A stretch of DNA of 64,000 nt from a virus, in IMG/VR virus record IMGVR_UViG_3300010885_018971, positions 26,796 through 90,795 of that record. One strand, written 5' to 3'. The position numbers and the translations under genes were made by a program. The first letter of the stretch is position 1. Each line of letters starts with the position of its first letter. Below, piece after piece: positions 50,439 to 58,232 of this stretch. Under the pieces are notes generated by a model, which saw only the letters and a list, made by a program, of their open reading frames with translations, had not been told where the DNA came from and searched no databases.

Positions 50439-51741
50439 CTTTTTTAATAAAAATGGTTACGTTGTTCTTACAGATGTTTTAACCAAAGATCAATGTAAAG
50501 AGTTAACTCAACACATGTTTAATTTACATGAACAGGGTAAACTAATAAAAGACGACCAGTGTCCAACATCTGATGCTGTTTATGGTGATCCAGTATTTGA
50601 TAAAATTCTTCAAGATTTTGCTGAACCTGTTGGGAAACAAGTTGGTAAAAGATTATTACCAACATATACATATGCAAGAATATATCGTCCAGGAGAAATT
50701 CTTAAGAAACACACTGATCGTCCTGCATGTGAGATTAGTACAACATTAACATTAGGATATGAAGGACCAACATGTTGGCCAATTATATTTGATGAAAAGA
50801 AATGTATTCCAGTTTTGCTAGAACCTGGAGAGATGGCAGTATACAAAGGATGCGATGTAGTACACTGGAGAACTGAGTTCAAAGGTAAATGGCATGTCCA
50901 AGTATTCTTCCATTATGTAGATGCAGATGGTCCACATAAAAATGAGTATAAAGATAGACGTGCAGATTTTGGACTTAATAAAACAAGTAATGACGCACAA
51001 CAACAAGCAGATATAGATAAGTACCTTAGAAATTCTATTCCTTCCGTTGCTGCTTATAATAAAGCAGATACTGGTGTAAGACATTTAGACCCAAATCAGA
51101 AGTTTACATTACCAGTTTTGAATGGCGTAATTATTCCCAGTAATGATGAGCACTTCCCTGGATATGCTGTGTTTGATAGTAAAACTCTTCCAGAGATTAC
51201 ATTCACTAAAGAAGAATGTGATAAAATTACTAGTATGGTAAAGAACTATTATCCGACGACTGCGAGTGTAGGTGGTACTGAAGAAAGTAGTAGAGTTAAT
51301 GATAAGATTCGTTCTGCTGACATTTATATCTTAGATAATGATGCAGATAATGCTTGGATTCATAGAAAAATTGGTCAAATTGTTTCTGTTGCAAACAAGT
51401 TACACTTTGACTATGACATAGCTGGTATTACTCATGGTATTCAATTGATTCATTATAAATCAAATGGAGAGGTTCCTGGTCACTATGACTGGCATGTTGA
51501 TTCTGGTCCAGGACAACCAGCCACTAGAAAAATATCATTTACTGCACAATTAACTGACCCGAATGAATATCAGGGCTGCGAATTGATTATAAATAATCAT
51601 GGAGAGACAGTAGTCGCATCTAAGGAACAGGGATCTGTCCATCTGTTCCCTAGTTATATGTCGCATAAAGTTAACCCGATTACAAAAGGTGAACGATTTG
51701 CATTAGTAATTTGGATACATGGATCAAGGAGATTTAGATAA
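50425..51741 (+). CDS. fused double 2OG-Fe(II) oxygenase
   Basis: N domain HTDR..CEIS.T...HWR...QVFFHY; C domain (PKHD/PiuC-like) WHVD..RKIS..FPSY..HKV.P.TKGER..LV.W. Confidence 0.88.
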   Translation: MQSIDFFNKNGYVVLTDVLTKDQCKELTQHMFNLHEQGKLIKDDQCPTSDAVYGDPVFDKILQDFAEPVGKQVGKRLLPTYTYARIYRPGEILKKHTDRPACEISTTLTLGYEGPTCWPIIFDEKKCIPVLLEPGEMAVYKGCDVVHWRTEFKGKWHVQVFFHYVDADGPHKNEYKDRRADFGLNKTSNDAQQQADIDKYLRNSIPSVAAYNKADTGVRHLDPNQKFTLPVLNGVIIPSNDEHFPGYAVFDSKTLPEITFTKEECDKITSMVKNYYPTTASVGGTEESSRVNDKIRSADIYILDNDADNAWIHRKIGQIVSVANKLHFDYDIAGITHGIQLIHYKSNGEVPGHYDWHVDSGPGQPATRKISFTAQLTDPNEYQGCELIINNHGETVVASKEQGSVHLFPSYMSHKVNPITKGERFALVIWIHGSRRFR

Positions 51742-52692
51742 ATGAATGATAATAATGAAAAACTGAAAACTACAGACTTAGCGATTTTTGAAGAAATTCG
51801 CAGAGACTTAGCACTTACATCAACTTTGAATGTGCCGATGAGCTACGTTTTTGGACGTGGTATTGTTGGCAATAAAGAAAGTTTTGGTGGCGCAACTCTA
51901 AACGAAAATACGGTTAAAGTTGATCATGCGCTGGCTAATGTTCAAGAACTACAAAATATCTGGAACCATAGCCATACTCAATGGACTTGGAGACACTTAA
52001 ATCTGTCTTACCATTCTCCTATTAGAAATATGCGTCAAATTTCAGCTGAAATGGCTGCTAAAAAATCCGCTCTAAATGAGGCTAAGTGGAAGCATGTTGA
52101 GAATGAGATGAAAATGCGTAAGATCGAGGAAGAACTTACGAGGGGTATGGAAGACGGGACTATTGATTACTGGCGTGAAGTTGAATTAAAGGTAAGATTG
52201 GCCAAGATGAAAGAAGGTCTTGAGGCAGGAACTACCTATATCGAAGGCGCAATGAAAGATGTATTAACGCTAAATAGTCTTTATGAGCAATTAAAAGAGC
52301 AGGTTTCTTCGTTCTCTGAAGCTGACGTTGAAAAGGAAGAGACAAAATCTCACCTTAAAAGATCATTGGTTCAGTGTATTCGTGATGTAAGGGAACGTGG
52401 GGCTATCTCCAAAGGCGAGCAAGAATACAACGAGCAGATTGGTGTTAATCCAATGAAGTTACAAGGTTTGCTACAAAAATATGTAGCATCTGAGGCTGCA
52501 GAAGATAATTGGAGTTGCAGTGGATTGTATGAGTTTGTTGATAAATTAACAGACGAATTGGCTGATGTTTATAAAGTTGATCATGTACGTATGGGACTTT
52601 CTGGATTTAATCCAGATGTTCTACCAGACTACTCTTATACAAATAAGGTAGCTTTGTTAACTAGTAACAAAAAACCAGAAGAGGAAAACTAA
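51742..52692 (+). CDS. helical/coiled-coil protein of unknown function
   Basis: 316 aa; WNHSHTQW, SP.RNMRQISAE, long heptad region. Confidence 0.8.
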   Translation: MNDNNEKLKTTDLAIFEEIRRDLALTSTLNVPMSYVFGRGIVGNKESFGGATLNENTVKVDHALANVQELQNIWNHSHTQWTWRHLNLSYHSPIRNMRQISAEMAAKKSALNEAKWKHVENEMKMRKIEEELTRGMEDGTIDYWREVELKVRLAKMKEGLEAGTTYIEGAMKDVLTLNSLYEQLKEQVSSFSEADVEKEETKSHLKRSLVQCIRDVRERGAISKGEQEYNEQIGVNPMKLQGLLQKYVASEAAEDNWSCSGLYEFVDKLTDELADVYKVDHVRMGLSGFNPDVLPDYSYTNKVALLTSNKKPEEEN

Positions 52693-52693
52693 A

Positions 52694-53038
52694 ATGGCAG
52701 TAATAGAATACATGATGGTCAAGGATGGACCACGCAGACAAGTTCCTGAATTCGTAGGAGACAGAGGACATTGGTATAGCCCTATCGATAGCACTTATAT
52801 CGGATGGGTTGATGACAGCAGAGATTACTATGTCCCTGACACAGTATTAACTTTGACTAAAGCGCAACTTGTTGCTAGACAGCTTCTGGTGCATGCAGAA
52901 TATCCAATGAGAAAACCTGAAACTGTGGAACATATGCAAAATAATACAAAACCAGATGTAATGACTGAGGCTGAAGTAACAGCTCAAGTTGAAGAATGGT
53001 ATGATGCATTTGTAACGTCAAACACTACAAACGGATAA
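52694..53038 (+). CDS. hypothetical protein
   Basis: 114 aa, GAGGA RBS. Confidence 0.75.
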   Translation: MAVIEYMMVKDGPRRQVPEFVGDRGHWYSPIDSTYIGWVDDSRDYYVPDTVLTLTKAQLVARQLLVHAEYPMRKPETVEHMQNNTKPDVMTEAEVTAQVEEWYDAFVTSNTTNG

Positions 53039-53044
53039 ATAATT

Positions 53045-53167
53045 ATGCCTCCTGAAATACTCGCACATAGATTAATAGAGTTAGATAGTAATGAATTAAT
53101 AGAATTACTAAAAAATTTAGATCCTGAGGCATATGGCGCAATCTTAGACAAACTAGAAGAACTATAA
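53045..53167 (+). CDS. small acidic helical peptide (40 aa)
   Basis: manual translation MPPEILAHRLIELDSNELIELLKNLDPEAYGAILDKLEEL; TAATG-coupled to 53167. Confidence 0.55.
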   Translation: MPPEILAHRLIELDSNELIELLKNLDPEAYGAILDKLEEL

Positions 53168-54270
53168 TGACAATCCGTATCAAAAAAGATAAAATCGAAT
53201 TTGTTGATGATGCAAGTGGGAATACATTTACATTAAAAGAAACAGGCACAGGTTTTACCTTTGATGGTACGATTGCATCGTGGGAAGTACGACCAAATAC
53301 ATATACTGGAACGGCATCGGGGTATCATGCTGGTGGGTTTACAATTCCTGGTACTGCCATAACAACAATTGATAAGATGTCACTTGTATCTGATGGCAAT
53401 TCATCTGCAACTGGTAATTTAACACAGGCAAGAGGTTCCCAGCAGGGTATGTCTTCTTTAACGCATGGTTATTCTGCTGGTGGCTACTGGGGACCAGTAG
53501 GTACTGTAGCTACATTTGAAAAATATCCATTCGCTTCCAATAGTAATTCTACTTCGATTCCATCGTTGCCTGTGGCTAGACGCTTTGAGGCAAATAGTGG
53601 GGTTGTTTATACTGGTGGGCAGGTTGGGTGGATCTGTGGTGGAAATCCAGGATACACAACAATGACAAAAATTTCATTCAATCAAGATGGATCTAACTCA
53701 AACAGTGGTGGTTATCTTGCTGACGGAGGAAGAAATTCTTATACTGCAATTAGCTCTACAACGCATGGATTTTTTGCAACTGGAAGTACTCAACAGCCAG
53801 CGCCAGGATATTCAACTGATAAAATTTTACGATTCCCATTCGCTGCAGGTGGATCGAATCCCATAGCAGGCATCAATTCTCAACTTGCTGCAATTCAGGT
53901 AAGTCCAACTTCAGTTACACCAATTGCTCGCCTTTATAGTCATGGGCATCAATCAAGTACTTCTGGTTATATTTACGGTGGCCAAAGTCCAGCTGGTCCA
54001 GGCACTGATCAGTACGTCATGAGGTTCCCATTTGCTGCAGACAATATTGTCACTAATATTGGTGGACTTGGTTCATCATCTGTTGCAGTTGGATATAATG
54101 GTGGTGCTGCTGTTTCATCACCACAGTTTGGATTTATAGTTGGTGGAACAAATGGTGGATATATGCCTGGAGTAAGAATATTAAAATATCCATTCGCCAG
54201 TGAATTAAATGTAACTTCTGTTGGTTCTTTAACCACTTCCCATGGTCAAGGTTCTCCAGGTCAAGTATAA
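53167..54270 (+). CDS. Kelch-like beta-propeller protein 4
   Basis: GY.AGG..KYPFA repeats. Confidence 0.8.
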   Translation: MTIRIKKDKIEFVDDASGNTFTLKETGTGFTFDGTIASWEVRPNTYTGTASGYHAGGFTIPGTAITTIDKMSLVSDGNSSATGNLTQARGSQQGMSSLTHGYSAGGYWGPVGTVATFEKYPFASNSNSTSIPSLPVARRFEANSGVVYTGGQVGWICGGNPGYTTMTKISFNQDGSNSNSGGYLADGGRNSYTAISSTTHGFFATGSTQQPAPGYSTDKILRFPFAAGGSNPIAGINSQLAAIQVSPTSVTPIARLYSHGHQSSTSGYIYGGQSPAGPGTDQYVMRFPFAADNIVTNIGGLGSSSVAVGYNGGAAVSSPQFGFIVGGTNGGYMPGVRILKYPFASELNVTSVGSLTTSHGQGSPGQV

Positions 54271-54279
54271 GAGTAAAAA

Positions 54280-55374
54280 ATGGCAATAACAATAAACTCA
54301 GATAGAATTAATATTGGCGATACCGTAGTCCAGATAACTCCGACTGGAATTCAGGTAGTCAATGGGCACTTTAGAGCACAGGCTATAGCACCATCTACAA
54401 CAACTGGTGCTATGGGAAGTAACTATGGATATGCTACTGGAGGTCGAACTGGTGTTCCTGGACTTAACGATCAAACAAATATTGAAAAAATAGAAAGATG
54501 GTCATTAACATCAGATGGTAATTCAGCTTCCGTTGGGGCTTTGAGTGGTGCAGGTGGTGGTATCGGAATGTTTAATAATTCATCAATTACTTCTGCATAT
54601 GCATCTGGTGGATATGCTGGTCCACCGTATTTTTCACCTCCAGGGGCTGGAAATAGAAGATCTGGTATTAATAAATTTCCATTTGCATCTTCAGCAAATT
54701 CAACAAGTATTGGCGCACTTTCAACAAATATTGGCAATCCTAGCACTGGTAGAAGTGATGGTGCCAGTTTGACTTCTGAGGCTTCTGGTTATCAAGCCTC
54801 AGGTCAAGATGGTGCTGACTACAGAGTAACAGTTAGTAAGTTTCCATTCGCAACAGATACAAACGCCACCACTGTTTCTCAAGTTAATCAACAAAGATCT
54901 GGTTCTACTGGCGCATCATCTTCAAGCTATGGATACGTAATTGCTGGTAATCAAAATCCAACTACCAATGTGGAAAAAGTTTCATTTGCAACGGATAGTA
55001 ATGCAGTTAGTATAGGCCAGTTATTGGGGGTAGGAAGATCATCGCAGGCATCACAGAATTCTCTTACTTCCGCATATGTAAGTGGTGGATATCCAGATCC
55101 AGGTGGATCACCTGCAGTTATAAGCAGTATTGAACGATTTCCATTCGCCAGTGATGTTCCAGCAACATCAGTTGGTTCAATAACACAGGCCAGACGAGGT
55201 GGTCCAGCTGGTGTTTCTTCAACAACATCTGGTTATACTGCTGGTGGATACGCTGCTGCTTCATGGTCTTCAGTCATTGATAAATTCCCATTCGCCACAG
55301 ATACAAATGCAGTTTCTACTGGATCTTTGTTATCTGGTAAAGGATTTTTCGGTGGCCACGGTAACGTATACTAA
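54280..55374 (+). CDS. Kelch-like beta-propeller protein 5
   Basis: GY..GG..KFPFATDTNA repeats. Confidence 0.8.
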   Translation: MAITINSDRINIGDTVVQITPTGIQVVNGHFRAQAIAPSTTTGAMGSNYGYATGGRTGVPGLNDQTNIEKIERWSLTSDGNSASVGALSGAGGGIGMFNNSSITSAYASGGYAGPPYFSPPGAGNRRSGINKFPFASSANSTSIGALSTNIGNPSTGRSDGASLTSEASGYQASGQDGADYRVTVSKFPFATDTNATTVSQVNQQRSGSTGASSSSYGYVIAGNQNPTTNVEKVSFATDSNAVSIGQLLGVGRSSQASQNSLTSAYVSGGYPDPGGSPAVISSIERFPFASDVPATSVGSITQARRGGPAGVSSTTSGYTAGGYAAASWSSVIDKFPFATDTNAVSTGSLLSGKGFFGGHGNVY

Positions 55375-55386
55375 AAAGAGAACAAC

Positions 55387-56454
55387 ATGGCAATTAAACT
55401 TTACTCAGATCGCATAGAAATCGGCAATTTTACATTGGCCAACGATGGTAATGGAATTAACTTCTCTGGAGTGGCTGAGGCAAATGCTTTCTCATCATCA
55501 TACATTGGCGGAAAACAGGCAGCGTATAGATCTGGTGGTTATCAAGATAATCGAATTTACAAATATAATTTTGCATCATCTTCAAGTTCAGAAACTGTAG
55601 GTGAGCAAGGTCCAGCATATCCACTATGGAATCCTGGTCAGCCTTCAACGATGTTACGTTGGAGATATGGTGGTGGCGGTTCAGCTTCAAAAACTCATGG
55701 TTATGTATTCGGTGGTACTGGTGCAGGTGCTTCCAACGCTTCCAGCATAATTGTTAAATTCCCGTTTGCTGTTCCTTCAGTACCACAGACTGCAGTTGGA
55801 AATTTACCATATGCTGGAGGATGTCCAGAACATGCTCGCAATGGTGAGAATACATTTGCAGCAGTGACTCAATCTCCTAGTCCTGTTGCTCCACAGGGTT
55901 ACTGGACTAAATTCTCATTACAGTCAGACAATCAATCAATGACTGCAACTAATGCTAGAATGGGAGGAAATTCTGGTGGAGTAAATTCATCATCAACTCA
56001 TGGATACATGGCTGGTCAATATGCAGGTAGCGATGTTATTGGTATGTTCCCGTTCGCGAACAGTTTACCATCAGTAACATCTGGAAAACTAAACAATCAA
56101 AGATATGATTGTCGGGCGCATTCTTCTAAAACTCATGCATACGCATATGGTGGATTTACATATAGTATTCCTGGAGGAGCCAATGTTTTATCACAAGAAA
56201 GATGGCCATTTGCCAATAATGGACCAGCAACTACAACAGGTACATTAGCTCCAGGTAATGCCCGACAAGGAGCCATGTCGCATGAAGATGAATCGTATGG
56301 ATACATGGCTGGAACATCAGTTGGTGGTGGCACTTTTACTGCACCATATACGTCACTGACAAGATTTAACTTTTCTACCGATAATTTTGTTTTAGATAAT
56401 GTAGGCACTTTTACGTCTGAAGGCCAATCTAATAACAGTCATATTCAAGTATAA
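55387..56454 (+). CDS. Kelch-like beta-propeller protein 6 (most divergent)
   Basis: HGY..GG..FPFA repeats. Confidence 0.78.
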   Translation: MAIKLYSDRIEIGNFTLANDGNGINFSGVAEANAFSSSYIGGKQAAYRSGGYQDNRIYKYNFASSSSSETVGEQGPAYPLWNPGQPSTMLRWRYGGGGSASKTHGYVFGGTGAGASNASSIIVKFPFAVPSVPQTAVGNLPYAGGCPEHARNGENTFAAVTQSPSPVAPQGYWTKFSLQSDNQSMTATNARMGGNSGGVNSSSTHGYMAGQYAGSDVIGMFPFANSLPSVTSGKLNNQRYDCRAHSSKTHAYAYGGFTYSIPGGANVLSQERWPFANNGPATTTGTLAPGNARQGAMSHEDESYGYMAGTSVGGGTFTAPYTSLTRFNFSTDNFVLDNVGTFTSEGQSNNSHIQV

Positions 56455-56503
56455 AGGTTTTTAGGTGGTATAAATAGATTTATGATTTAACAATGGAGGT
56501 ATT

Positions 56504-57364
56504 ATGGCACAGCGAATTTTAGTGATGGGACTACCAGGATCTGGTAAAACTTATTTTTCGGATCGTCTTAAAACATATCTGGAAACTCATGGGGATATTT
56601 ACAAAGTTAATCCCCAACGAATAATGAATTATGAGGGTATTCCATCTAGGAATTTCCTTCAGGTAGGTGTTGACTGGTTCAACGCTGATGAGATAAGAAA
56701 GAAATATAATGATTGGGATTTTTCTAAAGAAGGAAGAATTCGTCAATCATTGCGTATGTTTCAGTTTGCATTTGAGTGTACTGGTGACTATGTAATTTGT
56801 GACTTTGTTGCGCCACTCGTTGAGATGCGTAATAACTTCAAAGCTGATTGGGTTATCTGGATGGATACCATTGATGCTGGTCGTTATGAAGATACAAACA
56901 AAGCATTTACTCCGCCAGATGTCTATGACTTTAGAATCACTGAGCAAAACGCAGAGAAGTGGGTTGAGTTTGTTGGTTCTCATATTTTAGAAAATCGTCG
57001 CAGACCAAAGTTTGACTGGCAAAAAGAAACAGTTCAAATGCTCGGAAGATGGCAGCCATGGCATGCTGGACATCGTGCTTTATTTGAACGTGCCATTGCC
57101 AAGACAGGACAGGTTGTAATTCAGATTAGAGACTGTCAGGGGTGGCAGGGTTCCAATCCTTTTGCAATTGAGCAGGTAAAGAGTTATATTAAACGTGATC
57201 TAGATACACTATACCAAGGACAATATGAGATTCAGGTTGTTCCGAATATCGTGAATATTACGTATGGACGTGACGTTGGTTATAAGATTGAACAAGAATC
57301 TTTTGATAAATCTGTAACAGATATCTCAGCCACCAAGATCCGCAAGGAAATGGGAATTGAGTGA
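56504..57364 (+). CDS. adenylylsulfate kinase-like domain fused to HxGH nucleotidyltransferase domain
   Basis: GLPGSGKT P-loop, NADEIR, DFS.EGR.RQ, DFVAP, F..P; C domain LGRWQPWHAGH, NI.YGR.VGY, ISATKIR. Confidence 0.85.
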   Translation: MAQRILVMGLPGSGKTYFSDRLKTYLETHGDIYKVNPQRIMNYEGIPSRNFLQVGVDWFNADEIRKKYNDWDFSKEGRIRQSLRMFQFAFECTGDYVICDFVAPLVEMRNNFKADWVIWMDTIDAGRYEDTNKAFTPPDVYDFRITEQNAEKWVEFVGSHILENRRRPKFDWQKETVQMLGRWQPWHAGHRALFERAIAKTGQVVIQIRDCQGWQGSNPFAIEQVKSYIKRDLDTLYQGQYEIQVVPNIVNITYGRDVGYKIEQESFDKSVTDISATKIRKEMGIE

Positions 57365-57563
57365 TACTCCAGTTCGCAGTCTGGCAAAGGCTGTTAGCTG
57401 GCGAGTTACAGGGACTATTGATACGTTTCTTATTAGTTGGCTAATAACAGGGCAGGTGTTACTTGCTTCAGGTATTGCTCTTACTGAAATTATGACTAAG
57501 ATTGTTTTATTTTGGCTGCATGAAAGAGTTTGGAATAAAGTAAACTGGGGTAAATCCCAGTAA
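57357..57563 (+). CDS. DUF2061-family small membrane protein
   Basis: RSLAKAVSWR..GTIDT, E..TK..L...HERVW..V.WG. Confidence 0.85.
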   Translation: MSDTPVRSLAKAVSWRVTGTIDTFLISWLITGQVLLASGIALTEIMTKIVLFWLHERVWNKVNWGKSQ

Positions 57564-57599
57564 AAAATAAACCCCACTTTATGTGGGGTTTTTGTTTTT
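57563..57599 (+). terminator. rho-independent terminator
   Basis: AAACCCCAC-TTTAT-GTGGGGTTT followed by T-run. Confidence 0.88.
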
Positions 57600-57644
57600 G
57601 CAGTTATGAAAACGATAAATAAAGAGTAGATTAGGAGAATTTCA

Positions 57645-57980
57645 GTGGCAGTTATAACAAATATATTCATAGACCAAGGGGCGAGCTATAGTAATATCCT
57701 TACTGTGGCTAGTTCTACTGGGGCTATAAATTTAACTACTTATACTATAAAGTCACAACTAAGAAAATCTTACGGGTCTTCAACTTATTATGATTTTACT
57801 GCCACCATTTACGATGCACTAACAGGAAAAGTAAGACTACAGTTATCTTCGGAACAGAGTTCTGCTATTCCTGCTGGAAAATATCTTTATGATGTTGAAT
57901 TGACAAATACTACTAATGGTCTTAAAGTTAGATTAGTTGAAGGAGTTGTTATTATAAACCCAGAAATAACAAAGACATAA
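57645..57980 (+). CDS. tail-associated structural protein
   Basis: GTG start after AGGAG; IDQGA, RKSY.S, AGKYLYDVE, VEG...I.P. Confidence 0.78.
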   Translation: MAVITNIFIDQGASYSNILTVASSTGAINLTTYTIKSQLRKSYGSSTYYDFTATIYDALTGKVRLQLSSEQSSAIPAGKYLYDVELTNTTNGLKVRLVEGVVIINPEITKT

Positions 57981-57981
57981 A

Positions 57982-58206
57982 ATGGCTGATACGATAATTA
58001 TAGACGATACTGGTTTAGGCATAGATTTTTTTATAGCCGACTCCATGGTGGGCAACCCAACAACAGTAGCAAAAGTTACTGATATATTAGATGTTGATTC
58101 AACATCTCTAAATAACGGATCGTTGTTGGTATACAAAACAACAACGCAGAAATGGACTTCAACGACTACGCTAGAAGCGCAGAATTTAGAAGGTGGTTTT
58201 TACTAA
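57982..58206 (+). CDS. small tail-associated protein
   Basis: DVD......GS.LVY......W and C-terminal EGG.Y. Confidence 0.7.
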   Translation: MADTIIIDDTGLGIDFFIADSMVGNPTTVAKVTDILDVDSTSLNNGSLLVYKTTTQKWTSTTTLEAQNLEGGFY

Positions 58207-58232
58207 ACTAAAGGTAACTAAAAGGAAAGAAA

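Noticed and set aside
45204-56454. CRISPR-like or non-coding repeat array from the periodic CCATTCGC motif
   Set aside because: All copies are in frame within long ORFs at protein-repeat spacing (about 145-190 nt)
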